Source: Candidatus Binatia bacterium (GTDB lineage Bacteria > Desulfobacterota > Binatia > UBA12015). From it: a DNA stretch of 62,173 bases. Positions within the stretch are counted from its first letter, which is position 1, and each line of letters begins with the position of its first letter. The position numbers were made by a program, and so were the translations under genes. The DNA lies in contig JAIEPK010000143.1 of assembly GCA_019749875.1 (NCBI GenBank), positions 73,531 to 135,703 on the forward strand. Reading direction: 5' to 3'. This document shows, piece after piece, positions 38,658 through 47,913 of this stretch. Below the pieces are notes generated by a model. The model had not been told where the DNA came from. It did no database searches and was given only the letters and a program-made list of their open reading frames with translations.

Positions 38658-39596
38658 ATGATCGCCGGTACAGCGAGCGATGCGATCGTCCTCGACTCCC
38701 CGGCCGCGCGTGCGCGGGCTTATCTCGGCTTGACGATCGCGACGGCATGCTGGGCGTCGGCATTCGTGCTCGGCAAGGTGGCGCTGCGCGAGATGACGCC
38801 GCTGGTGCTCGCGACGTGGCGCTACGTCGTCGCGACACTCGTCCTGGTGCCGTTCGTCGTGCGCGCCCGGGCCGTCGCGCCGCCTTCCCGCGCGCTTTCC
38901 GCGGGCGTGATCGGGCCGCTGGCCGTGATGGTGGTGACCGGTGGTGTGCTTTACCCGTGGCTCTTTCTCGCCTCGCTCGCGCGCACCAGTGCGGCGAACA
39001 CGTCCCTTCTGATCGCGCTGAACCCGATCCTCACCTTGCTGCTGTCGCCGCTCGTCGGTGAGCGGCTGGTGCGCAAGCAGGTTCTGGGCGCCCTGCTCGC
39101 CTTCGCTGGCGCCGTGGTCGTCATCAGTCGGGGCAATCTCGACGAGCTGCTCGCCCTGCGCATCGATACCGGGGACCTGCTCGCGCTCGTCGCGGCCGCG
39201 TGCTGGGCCACCTTCAACCTGACGTCGCGCCTGGTGGTCGGACGGCTGCCTGCGGCGACGGTCAATCTCGCCGTGTATGCCGGGGGCGCGATTGCCCTCG
39301 GGCTGCTCGGCCTCGGTGACGATCCGGTGACGCAGCTCGAGCATGCGACGCTCGCAGTCCTCGGAGCCGTGGTGGCGATGGCGATCCTGTCGTCGGTGGT
39401 CGCGGGCCAGCTCTTTCTCGACGGCGTCCGTGATGCGGGGGTTGGCCGAGCGGTGGTGTTCATCTATCTGGTGCCGGTGCTCACGGCGATGCTGTCCGTC
39501 ATCGTGCTCGGCGAGCAGCTGTCCGGCGCCCAGCTCGGCGGTGGGATCGCGGTGCTCGCCGGGTTGCTGCTCACCACGCGAGGCTCGGCGCGGTGA
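38658..39596 (+). CDS. DMT/EamA family transporter
   Basis: About 10 TM helices in two EamA repeats. Confidence 0.9.
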   Translation: MIAGTASDAIVLDSPAARARAYLGLTIATACWASAFVLGKVALREMTPLVLATWRYVVATLVLVPFVVRARAVAPPSRALSAGVIGPLAVMVVTGGVLYPWLFLASLARTSAANTSLLIALNPILTLLLSPLVGERLVRKQVLGALLAFAGAVVVISRGNLDELLALRIDTGDLLALVAAACWATFNLTSRLVVGRLPAATVNLAVYAGGAIALGLLGLGDDPVTQLEHATLAVLGAVVAMAILSSVVAGQLFLDGVRDAGVGRAVVFIYLVPVLTAMLSVIVLGEQLSGAQLGGGIAVLAGLLLTTRGSAR

Positions 39597-39982
39597 ACGA
39601 GCCGGCAGAGGACCGTGTACGCGTCGACCGCTGGCTGCTCGCAGCACGCGTCTACAAGACGCGCTCGCTGTGTGCCGAAGCGTGTGCCGGCGGCAAGGTC
39701 GAGCTCAACGGGCACCCTGCCACGGCCCACAAGCTCGTTCGCATCGGCGACCGCGTCGATGTCTCGACGGTTGCCGGCAGGCGTCAGCTGGTGGTGCGGG
39801 CGCTGGGTCTGCGGCGACTGTCCGCACCGGACGCGCGCGAGCTCTACGAGGACGTCACGCCGCCACCGACCGCGGAGGAGCTGGAGCGTCGCCGGTATGG
39901 CATGCCGGAGTTCCGCGATCCTGGCGCCGGCCGACCGACCAAGCGTGATCGCCGCGAGATGCAGCGCCTGCGGCGTGGTTGA
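39593..39982 (+). CDS. hslR: Ribosome-associated heat shock protein Hsp15 (S4 domain)
   Basis: RVDRWL.AAR.YKTRS, GGKV..NG, LYED, GRPTKRDRR. Confidence 0.9.
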   Translation: MNEPAEDRVRVDRWLLAARVYKTRSLCAEACAGGKVELNGHPATAHKLVRIGDRVDVSTVAGRRQLVVRALGLRRLSAPDARELYEDVTPPPTAEELERRRYGMPEFRDPGAGRPTKRDRREMQRLRRG

Positions 39983-40006
39983 TCCGCTGGCGCGCGACTG
40001 TGGCGG

Positions 40007-41230
40007 TCAGCCCTTCGCGGCCGAAGTCACACGCTGGCCGTCCTTCAGCGTGATCTCGCCGACCACGAGCGTCTCGCCGCCACGGAGACCCGACACCACG
40101 CGCACGCGATCGCCAGACTCGCCGGAGGTCTCGACACGGGCACGCCGCACGCGCCCGTCCTCGACGATCCACACGAAGCTGCCGTCGTTGTCTCGCTGCA
40201 GGGCACGAGCGGGCACCAGCACCGTCGGCGGCGCTTCGGCCGTGCCCGGCGCCGCACGCTCGCCGAGGAACGTCACGCGGGTGCTCATGTCGGGCAGCAG
40301 CTTGTCGTCCGGATCGAGAATCTTGACCTCGACCTTGAGCGTTCCCTTCTGTCGATCGACCTGCGGGTAGAGCTTCACCACGCGCGCCGCATAGTGACGG
40401 TCGGGGTAAGCATCCGGCGTCACGCGCGCATTGCCGCCCATGCGGACGCGCTCGAGGTCGGCCTCGTTGACGTCGACCTCGGCGCGCATGTCGGACAGGT
40501 TGGCGATGCGGACCAGGTCGCCGGAGCCGGCGAAGCCGCCGGGTACGGCGATCTCGCCGACCTCCTTCAGCTTGGCGAGGACGACGCCGTCGGTCGGCGC
40601 GCGCAGCGTCGTATATTCGAGATTGACGCGCGCCACCTCGAGCTCGGCTTCGAGCTGCGCGATGGTCGCGTGCGTCACGCTGGCCTTGTTCTCGAGGACG
40701 TCCAGCTCCTGGTCCGAGATGACGCCGCTCTTGCGCAGCGCGCGCCCACGTCGCAGCTCCGAGTCGGCCAGCTCGGTGTTGGCGCGCGCGAGCGCGAGGC
40801 CTGCCTCGATCCGTCCGACCGCCGCGCGGTAGTCGCGATCGTCGAGCTGGACGAGCGGATCGCCCTTCTTGACGCTCTGCCCTTCCTCGATGAAGTAGCG
40901 GTCGATCCGCCCGGCCACGCGGACGCCGATCGAGACGTAGCGATCGCCGGTGACGACGTAGCCGGAGCCGGACAGCACGGGCGCCGGCTCGAGGCTGCCC
41001 GCCTCGACCGCGGTCGCCTGCGCGACCTCGACCGACACCGCGCTGCCGCGAACGAGACGGACGCCGAGTGCCGCGACGGCCAGCGCGACGATCGCGATGG
41101 CGATCCGCGTGCCGCGTGACTTGCGGCCTCGGCGCGGCTGCTTGGTACGCGTGCTGGCCGGCGCACGCTCGATGCGCAGCGACTGGAGGTCGTCACGCAG
41201 GCGGTCGTCGCGTTCGCTCAGGGGGGTCAT
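40007..41230 (-). CDS. Efflux periplasmic adaptor (MacA-like membrane fusion protein)
   Basis: N-terminal TM anchor, lipoyl-like halves (GRIDRYFIEEGQSVKKGDPLVQLD), hairpin, LRAPTDG. Confidence 0.9.
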   Translation of the reverse strand: MTPLSERDDRLRDDLQSLRIERAPASTRTKQPRRGRKSRGTRIAIAIVALAVAALGVRLVRGSAVSVEVAQATAVEAGSLEPAPVLSGSGYVVTGDRYVSIGVRVAGRIDRYFIEEGQSVKKGDPLVQLDDRDYRAAVGRIEAGLALARANTELADSELRRGRALRKSGVISDQELDVLENKASVTHATIAQLEAELEVARVNLEYTTLRAPTDGVVLAKLKEVGEIAVPGGFAGSGDLVRIANLSDMRAEVDVNEADLERVRMGGNARVTPDAYPDRHYAARVVKLYPQVDRQKGTLKVEVKILDPDDKLLPDMSTRVTFLGERAAPGTAEAPPTVLVPARALQRDNDGSFVWIVEDGRVRRARVETSGESGDRVRVVSGLRGGETLVVGEITLKDGQRVTSAAKG

Positions 41231-41243
41231 GGCTCGGGGAATC

Positions 41244-42425
41244 TCAAGCTTTGCGGAGCGCCTCGATCGGCCGCAGCCTTGCCGCACGCCAGGCCGGTCC
41301 GAGCCCGCCCAGGACACCGACCAGCAGTGCAAGCCCGAGCGCTCCTATCAGATCGGACGGCGAAACGCGCAAGGTGATGACGTTGGTGGTGAAGGTCTGC
41401 GCGCCGAACGCGATCCCGCCCAGCAGCGCGTTCAGTACCAGCGCGAGCAGGACCGAGAGGACGGCGCCGATTGCGAAGCCGAGCAGCGCGAGGGCGATCG
41501 CCTCGATCTGGAAGGCGACCAGGATCGAGCGCTTGGAGAAGCCGAGGGCGCGCAGCGTGCCGATCTCGGCGGTGCGCGCCTGGACGGCAGCATACATCGT
41601 GTTCGCGGCGCCGAAGCCCGCGCCGACACCGGCGAGCACCGCGATGCCGATCACCAGCACGTAGAGCGAGTTCGCCGACTCCGACTGCTTGGCGTAGTAC
41701 TCGACCTCCGGCTGCGCATCGAGGGCGTAGCGCGGGTCGTCGTCGATGCGCTTCTCGAGGCGTGCGAGGTCCGTGGGCGACGCGGCCCGCAGGCGCACGC
41801 CCGAGTAGGGAAACGGGCGCTTCGCGTCGTTCGCGAGCTCGCGCACGTCGACCCACACCTCGCTCTCGAATGCCGAGCCGTCCGCATCGAAGACGCCCAC
41901 GACCTTCCAGCGTCCGCGGCCGAACTGCAGCTCCTTGCCGAGCTCCGCGTCGGCGTAGCGGCTCGCGACGCCGCGGCCGATGATCGCTTCGCCGGCGCTG
42001 GGCTGGAACATACGCCCCTCGACGATGCGCACCTTGTCGTGCACCTGAAGTGCTACCGGCTCGACGCCGCGCGCGAGCACGTTCTCCCGTCCGCCGTCCT
42101 TGGTGCGCAGGAACGGCTGCACGACCAGCTCGGGCGAGGCGAGCGGCTGATCCGCCGCGTCGCGGGCGATGCCGTCGAAGAAACGGATGGCCTGATACGC
42201 CTCGAGCGAGAGCTGGCTCGAGCCGTCGTTGTCGGAGCCCTTGCGCATGACGATCAGGTTCATGGGATCACCGCTGATCGCGACGGTGCGTTTGAGGCTC
42301 GTGATGAGGCCCAGGAAGAGCGTGGCCGCCACCACCACCAGCGCGATGACCCCGGCGGTCATCATGCTTCGCATCGGGCGCGCGAGGACGTTGCGCACGC
42401 TGTACGACACCGGCAGACCCATCAC
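41244..42425 (-). CDS. ABC transporter permease (MacB/FtsX family)
   Basis: YSVRNV..R..RS, periplasmic domain, RTAEIGTLRALGF. Confidence 0.9.
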   Translation of the reverse strand: MMGLPVSYSVRNVLARPMRSMMTAGVIALVVVAATLFLGLITSLKRTVAISGDPMNLIVMRKGSDNDGSSQLSLEAYQAIRFFDGIARDAADQPLASPELVVQPFLRTKDGGRENVLARGVEPVALQVHDKVRIVEGRMFQPSAGEAIIGRGVASRYADAELGKELQFGRGRWKVVGVFDADGSAFESEVWVDVRELANDAKRPFPYSGVRLRAASPTDLARLEKRIDDDPRYALDAQPEVEYYAKQSESANSLYVLVIGIAVLAGVGAGFGAANTMYAAVQARTAEIGTLRALGFSKRSILVAFQIEAIALALLGFAIGAVLSVLLALVLNALLGGIAFGAQTFTTNVITLRVSPSDLIGALGLALLVGVLGGLGPAWRAARLRPIEALRKA

Positions 42426-42527
42426 CCCGCCTCCTGCTGGAGGGGACGCGCGATCAAGCGGGCGTTCGGAGCGCGTGAAGGAGCCATCGGGCGCGACGTG
42501 TCCACGGGCAGATCGTACCAGGCGTCG

Positions 42528-43694
42528 TCAAAAGACTTCGTGCAGCGATTGGACGACCGACTTTCTTGCGGCACCGAACGACGGCACCACACCGGCGAGC
42601 ATGCCGACGAAGAGCGACAGGAACAGGCCCTGCACGACCACGAACGGCGTCACGATGAAGTTCCCGAGCGGTCCCAGCATCTCGCTGAAGCCGGCGGCGG
42701 CCTTCAGTGCTCCGGTCAAACCCAGCGCGAGCAGCACGCCGGCGACACCCGCGAAGATCGACAGGAGTGCTGCCTCGGCGAGCAGCGTTCCGAAGATCAC
42801 ACGGCGTGGGAAGCCGATCGCCTTCATCACCGCGATCTCCCCGGCCCGCTCGCGCACGCCCATCGAGGCCGTGTTGGCCGCGATGAAGACGATGCAGAGC
42901 GACACCAGCCCGGTGACGATGAGGATGATGGTCACCAGTCCTTGCAGCGAGCCGAAGAAGTTCGAGAAGAAGCTCTTCTCGGTCTCGGACGACGTCTCGG
43001 CCTCGCTGTTGCGCGACATCTCGTCGACCTTGCGCATGATCGAGCCGACCTGGCGCGGATCGGTCGCGCGGACCCAGATCGTACCGGCGATGCCGAGGCC
43101 GTTGCGGCCCTTCTCGCGCAGCGCCTGGTCGAGGTACTCGCGGTTGAACCAGAAGTGCGGCGCCCGGTCGTTGTCGATCACGCCGACGATGCGGAAGTCC
43201 AGATCGACCGGCCACACGGTGCTCTTCAGCGTGACCCGCTCGCCGATCTTCCAGCCGTACTTGTTCATGACTTGACGGCCGACGATCGCACCGTCGCGGT
43301 AGCGCTGGAAGTCCGCGAGCTGCTCGGGCTTGATCGGATAATCGGGGAACACCGCTCCGATCTGCTCCGCCTCGACCGCGAAGTTTGGGAACGTCACGCG
43401 GCCGTCTTCCTCGAAAGCGCCGCCGAACCACACCCACGCGACGGCCGCCGCGACGCCGTCGACCTGGCGAACCTTGCGCACGAACGAGTACGGCATCGAG
43501 TAGACGATGCCGGCCTTGTTGTGGACCGTCAGGCGGGTGTTGTTCGCGAAGTCGTTGAGCATCGCGTCCATGCCCGCCGGCATGGTCAGCAGCAGACAGA
43601 CCAGCACCACCGCGAGCATGATCGCGCCGCCCGTCATCGCGGTGCGGAGCTTGTTCCGCCACAGGTTCTTCCACACCAGATGCGCGTACTTCAC
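42528..43694 (-). CDS. ABC transporter permease (MacB/FtsX family)
   Basis: KNLWRNKLRT, RERAGEIAVMKAIGF. Confidence 0.9.
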   Translation of the reverse strand: MKYAHLVWKNLWRNKLRTAMTGGAIMLAVVLVCLLLTMPAGMDAMLNDFANNTRLTVHNKAGIVYSMPYSFVRKVRQVDGVAAAVAWVWFGGAFEEDGRVTFPNFAVEAEQIGAVFPDYPIKPEQLADFQRYRDGAIVGRQVMNKYGWKIGERVTLKSTVWPVDLDFRIVGVIDNDRAPHFWFNREYLDQALREKGRNGLGIAGTIWVRATDPRQVGSIMRKVDEMSRNSEAETSSETEKSFFSNFFGSLQGLVTIILIVTGLVSLCIVFIAANTASMGVRERAGEIAVMKAIGFPRRVIFGTLLAEAALLSIFAGVAGVLLALGLTGALKAAAGFSEMLGPLGNFIVTPFVVVQGLFLSLFVGMLAGVVPSFGAARKSVVQSLHEVF

Positions 43695-44479
43695 GCTGCA
43701 CCGCCCGGGCGGGCCGCACCCGCGGCCGACAGCAGACCGCCGCCCGCCGCGAGCTGCACCGCGCGATCGGCGCGCTCGGCGTCCTCGCCTTCGAGCAGCA
43801 ATCCCTTGTCGAGGTGGAAGGCGTGGTCGACGAAGCGCAGCGCCCGCGGATCGTGCGTGACCATGATGATGGTCTTGCCGAAGTCGTTCTTGAGTCGCCG
43901 CAGCAGCTCGAGAATGGCTTCGGCGTTGCGCGCGTCGAGGTCACCGGTGGGCTCGTCGGCGACGATGAGATCGGGGTCGGTGACGATGGCGCGGGCGATC
44001 GCGACGCGCTGCTGCTCGCCGCCGGACAGCGTGCGCGGATAGTGGTCGGTGCGTTCCTCGAGCCCGACGACGCGCAGCGCAGTCTCCGCGCGGCGCAGGC
44101 GCTCGGACTTCGCAAGGTCGGTCAGCAGCAGCGGCAGCGCGACGTTGTCGCGCGCGTCGAGGACCGGGATCAGGTTGAAGAACTGGAAGATCAGACCGAC
44201 GTGGCGCGCGCGCCACTCCGCGAGCTCGTCCTCGTCGAGCTCGCCCAGCGACTGCCCTGCAACCAGGACCTCGCCTTCGCTCGGGCGATCGATCCCGGAG
44301 ACGAGGTTCATCAAGGTCGACTTGCCCGAGCCCGATGGGCCCATGAACGCGACGAAGCGACCCGCCGCGATCGACAGCGAGACGTTCTCGAGCGCGTGCA
44401 CCTCGTCGACGCCCCGGACGTAACGTCGCGAGACGGAGAGGATCTGGATCAACGGCTCGCGCGCGGCAACGGGCTCCAT
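43691..44479 (-). CDS. ABC transporter ATP-binding protein (LolD/MacB type)
   Basis: GPSGSGKS, LSGGEQQRV, ADEPTGDLD, VTHD. Confidence 0.95.
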   Translation of the reverse strand: MEPVAAREPLIQILSVSRRYVRGVDEVHALENVSLSIAAGRFVAFMGPSGSGKSTLMNLVSGIDRPSEGEVLVAGQSLGELDEDELAEWRARHVGLIFQFFNLIPVLDARDNVALPLLLTDLAKSERLRRAETALRVVGLEERTDHYPRTLSGGEQQRVAIARAIVTDPDLIVADEPTGDLDARNAEAILELLRRLKNDFGKTIIMVTHDPRALRFVDHAFHLDKGLLLEGEDAERADRAVQLAAGGGLLSAAGAARPGGAA

Positions 44480-44569
44480 GCCGCGCGCGAGTCTATCGAA
44501 GCGGTACGCTCAGAGCGACCGCCGCGGGGCCCCCGTTGCCGTGGGCCCCGCGCCTGGTCGAGACGCGCC

Positions 44570-45208
44570 TCAGAATACGTACTTGGCGCCCCAGCCGAAC
44601 GAGAAGTGGTACAGATCGGACACCTCGTGGATCGGCATCGTATAGGCCGCGTCGAGGTAGACCGCGACATTCTCGGTCGCGAACAAGTCGACGCCGCCAC
44701 CGAAGCGTCCGGCGAAGTTCGTTCCGTCGACGTCCCAGTTGGTGCGTCGCAGGGCCTTGTCGGCATTTGCGTTGACGAACCCGACACCGCCCGACAAGTA
44801 CGGCTGGAAACGGCCGAGGGGAACGATCAGCTTGGCACTTCCCATGAACGTATTGGTCTGGATGTCGCTGCCGGGAACGACCTGGTGCGCGCCGAAATCG
44901 TCACCGTACTCGTAGAGCCCCTCGAACGCCCAGTACTCGTTCAGACGGTACCCGCCGCGCACGTTGAAGCCGAGCGTGTCACCAAAATCGGCGCTGCTCG
45001 CGCCGTCCTGGAAGCCCGAGATCATGTAGCTGCCGCCCACGCCGACGTAGGGGCCGGGTCGATTGTAGACGTCCCAATCGGACTGGGTCTCGGTGTAGGT
45101 GCTCTCGCTGCGCGTGTAGCTCGTCTGTGCGTGCGCTGCGGTCGCCGCGAAGGCGAAACCGAGCGCAATCGCGCCCGTCACGATCAGACTTCTCTCGAAC
45201 GGCCTCAT
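44570..45208 (-). CDS. Outer-membrane beta-barrel protein (OmpA/porin-like, probably 8-stranded)
   Basis: Signal peptide ending AAHA; alternating aromatic strands; terminal YVF; GAGGAGG RBS. Confidence 0.85.
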   Translation of the reverse strand: MRPFERSLIVTGAIALGFAFAATAAHAQTSYTRSESTYTETQSDWDVYNRPGPYVGVGGSYMISGFQDGASSADFGDTLGFNVRGGYRLNEYWAFEGLYEYGDDFGAHQVVPGSDIQTNTFMGSAKLIVPLGRFQPYLSGGVGFVNANADKALRRTNWDVDGTNFAGRFGGGVDLFATENVAVYLDAAYTMPIHEVSDLYHFSFGWGAKYVF

Positions 45209-45248
45209 CTTCCTGGAACCTCCTCGGACGCCGGTCCCGGCGACGTCC

Positions 45249-45287
45249 AAAAGAAACGCGGGGGAGCCGCTACCGGCACCCCACGCG
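45249..45287 (-). terminator. Intrinsic terminator inside the leader of the OMP gene
   Basis: CGCGTGGGGTGCCGGTAGCGGCTCCCCCGCG hairpin followed by TTTCTTTT, about 40 nt before ATG 45208. Confidence 0.6.
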
Positions 45288-45451
45288 GGCCCGCGGCGCG
45301 CACGGCGAATCGCCGCTGCGACACCACGAGGGGACTCCAACGTTCATCTTGTCGGCACCTCTCCGCGAACGACGCTCCCGGGACACGTGCATGACGCGAT
45401 CCGCACGAGCTCGCATGCGCTCCGAGAGGAGCCGGAACCACGTGCGCTGAA

Positions 45452-45467
45452 GGCAAGGTGCGTGCCG
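45452..45467 (-). promoter_or_regulatory. Sigma54 promoter
   Basis: CGGCACGCACCTTGCC (YGGCAC-N5-TTGC). Confidence 0.65.
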
Positions 45468-45575
45468 GGGCAAAATCTCGCGTTGTCGGGCTCCGCGGTC
45501 GCGCGCGCTGTAGCTGCTACCGATGGCGGATACCGGCTCTGCAAGTTCTTCACGCCAACTGCGCCATCGTGGCGG

Positions 45576-46640
45576 TCAGGAGCGTGGTGGTCGTGCGGTC
45601 TTCCTCGGCCGCGACGCCGTGCCCGAAGCGGTGCGACCCGAACGCCGCCGGTCGGCGACGGCGATGATCCGTCGGGGGCGCTCCGCGCCGAGACGCGGCC
45701 GCAACACCTTCTCCCAGAAGCGGAAGAATCCTTCCTGGTCGGGGCCGATCTGGTGCACGCACGCATGCGAGTGTCCGGCTCGCTCGGCCTCGCGGATCTT
45801 CTCGATCCAGGCGTCGGGATCGGGCCCGCAGACGACGTTGGCCGCGACCAGGTCCTCACCGATGGGCTCGAACGCCGCCTCGAAGTGCGCGGGTTGCGCG
45901 AGCTCGGTGAACAGCGGATCCGGCAACGCCGCGAGCGGCCAGATGCGATGTGCGGTACGCCGTGCGGCCTGCTCGTCAGCGGCCCAGCAGGCGGTGATCT
46001 CGACGTAGCATGGTTTGCCGCCGCCGCCGTTCTCGCGAAAGTGCTTGACGAGCTTCGCGCTGGGCTGGGTCGTGATCATCGCGCTCGCCTCGTGCGCCGC
46101 CAGCTCGGCGGCTCCGTCGTGGCTGGCGGCGACCATGATCGGCGGCGGCTCTTTCGGAAGCGAGAAGAGCTGTGCGTTTTCCACGGTGAAGTACTCGCCG
46201 CGATGATTCTCGACGCCGCCCTGCCAGAGCTGGCGGATCACGGCGATCGCTTCGGCGAGCATCTCGAGACGGACGTCGCCCGGCGGCCAACCCGCACCGA
46301 CCACGTGCTCGTTGAGGTTCTCCCCGGTTCCGAGGCCGAGCACGAATCGTCCGGGCATCATCGTGGCGGTGGTCGCGGCGGCCTGAGCGACCAGCGCTGG
46401 ATGGATGCGCATCGTGGGACAGGTGACCGCCGTGCCGAGCGTGATCCGTCGCGTCGCTTGCGCGATCGCACCGAGCACGCCCCAGACGAACGGGCTCTCT
46501 CCTTGACGGGTCGTCCAGGGGTGGAAGTGGTCGGAGATCAGCGCGAAGCCCATTCCTGCGGCTTCGGCGCGAGCAGCGAGCTCGACGAGAGCGGGTGCCG
46601 AGAACTCCTCGGCCGAGAGCTTGAAGCCGATGTCGATCAT
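45576..46640 (-). CDS. F420-dependent LLM-class oxidoreductase (G6PDH-like family)
   Basis: SDHFHPW, LGTAVTCP, GLGTGENLNEH; Arg-rich tail. Confidence 0.9.
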   Translation of the reverse strand: MIDIGFKLSAEEFSAPALVELAARAEAAGMGFALISDHFHPWTTRQGESPFVWGVLGAIAQATRRITLGTAVTCPTMRIHPALVAQAAATTATMMPGRFVLGLGTGENLNEHVVGAGWPPGDVRLEMLAEAIAVIRQLWQGGVENHRGEYFTVENAQLFSLPKEPPPIMVAASHDGAAELAAHEASAMITTQPSAKLVKHFRENGGGGKPCYVEITACWAADEQAARRTAHRIWPLAALPDPLFTELAQPAHFEAAFEPIGEDLVAANVVCGPDPDAWIEKIREAERAGHSHACVHQIGPDQEGFFRFWEKVLRPRLGAERPRRIIAVADRRRSGRTASGTASRPRKTARPPRS

Positions 46641-46920
46641 GGGAATCTCCCTGTAGGCGAACGTTTCGTGCGGCCGATCGCTGCGGATTGCCGTCGTGAA
46701 TGTCGGCCGCGCGCGATGCGCGGGTGGCGACGACGAGCCGTGCGCCGCAGGTCGACCTGCGCGAGCATCTCGCCGGCCCGGCTCAGCAAGCGACGTGCCC
46801 GACGGCGGCGGTGTCGGCGGTCCCGTCACATACTTGACGCTCGGGGCGGCGGCGCGTCACGACGGCGCGAAACGGGCTTCTCGTCGCAGGCACGCTCGGA
46901 TAAGGTCATCGCCGGACGGC

Positions 46921-47337
46921 ATGAGCTCGAAGGCACCATCCGACGCACGCGCCAAGACGCCGGCGTTGCCGGCTCCGCTGATCCTCCTCGTCGAAGACGA
47001 GGCGCCGATCCGCGAGGTGATCGAGGCCGTTCTCGAAGCGGAAGGCTACCGCGTGGTCAGCTCCGGCGACGGGTCCGACGCACTGGCGGTGCTGCGCTCC
47101 GGGCTGCGACCCTGCATGATCATCTTGGATCTCATGATGCCGGTGATGGACGGCTGGCAGTTCCGCCTCGCCCAGCTGCGCGACGCGGAGCTGCTCAAGA
47201 TTCCGACGGTCGTCTACACCGCGATCGGCAACGTGCGGGAGGTCGTCGAAGAGCTCAACGTCGCCGGTGGCTTCGAGAAGGGCGACTTCGTGGAGATGCT
47301 CCGCTTCGTCGGCCAGTTCTGCCCATCGCGGGCCTAG
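46921..47337 (+). CDS. Single-domain response regulator
   Basis: LLVEDE, ILDLMMPVMDG, YTA, EK. Confidence 0.9.
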   Translation: MSSKAPSDARAKTPALPAPLILLVEDEAPIREVIEAVLEAEGYRVVSSGDGSDALAVLRSGLRPCMIILDLMMPVMDGWQFRLAQLRDAELLKIPTVVYTAIGNVREVVEELNVAGGFEKGDFVEMLRFVGQFCPSRA

Positions 47338-47429
47338 TTCCCGGCAACATCTACATCGGGAGAATCGCTTCTGCCGCGAGTCCGACCACCGATCGTGTGA
47401 TGGTGGGACGGGCGGCGGGGCGCCCGCTG

Positions 47430-47445
47430 CGGCCCGCCGTTTGCT
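47430..47445 (+). promoter_or_regulatory. Probable sigma54 promoter
   Basis: CGGCCCGCCGTTTGCT, 30 nt upstream of ATG 47476 with GGAGG between. Confidence 0.45.
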
Positions 47446-47475
47446 CCCCGTCGCGAACGCGGAGGTCAGCGGACG

Positions 47476-47877
47476 ATGAAGCACGCCCCACCAAAGCCCA
47501 GTGAGCCGATCCTGCTCGTCGAGGACACCGAGGACAGCCGGGAGGTGATGGAAGCCCTGCTCGAAATGGAGGGCTACCGCGTCACTTGCGCGACGGATGG
47601 ACGCGAGGCACTCGATCGCCTCGAGGCCGGTCTCCGTCCCTGCCTGATCCTGCTCGACGTCTCGATGCCGCGGATGAACGGCATCGAGTTCCGGCGGATC
47701 CAGGCCGCGGACGAGAGATTCCGCGACATCCCGGTGATCCTGTACTCGGCGATCCACGAGATCGCCTGGCTGTACCCTTCGCTTGACGTGCCGGTGTGTC
47801 GCAAGCCCGTCGACGTGGACCACATCCTGCAGATGGTGGCCGAACGCTGTGGCCAAAGGCAGGTCGTGTCCGCCTGA
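47476..47877 (+). CDS. Single-domain response regulator
   Basis: LLVEDT, LLDVSMPRMNG, YSA, RKP. Confidence 0.92.
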   Translation: MKHAPPKPSEPILLVEDTEDSREVMEALLEMEGYRVTCATDGREALDRLEAGLRPCLILLDVSMPRMNGIEFRRIQAADERFRDIPVILYSAIHEIAWLYPSLDVPVCRKPVDVDHILQMVAERCGQRQVVSA

Positions 47878-47913
47878 CGCCGCCAGGCTTGCGCAGGACG
47901 TGCCGCTTCGCGA

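Noticed and set aside
14772-39982. RlmE, MutS2, MiaB and Hsp15 as a ribosome quality-control cluster
   Set aside because: Genes are scattered over 25 kb in different operons; no evidence of linkage
42426-42527. 100-bp gap inside the ABC exporter operon
   Set aside because: No clear repeat, hairpin or ORF found
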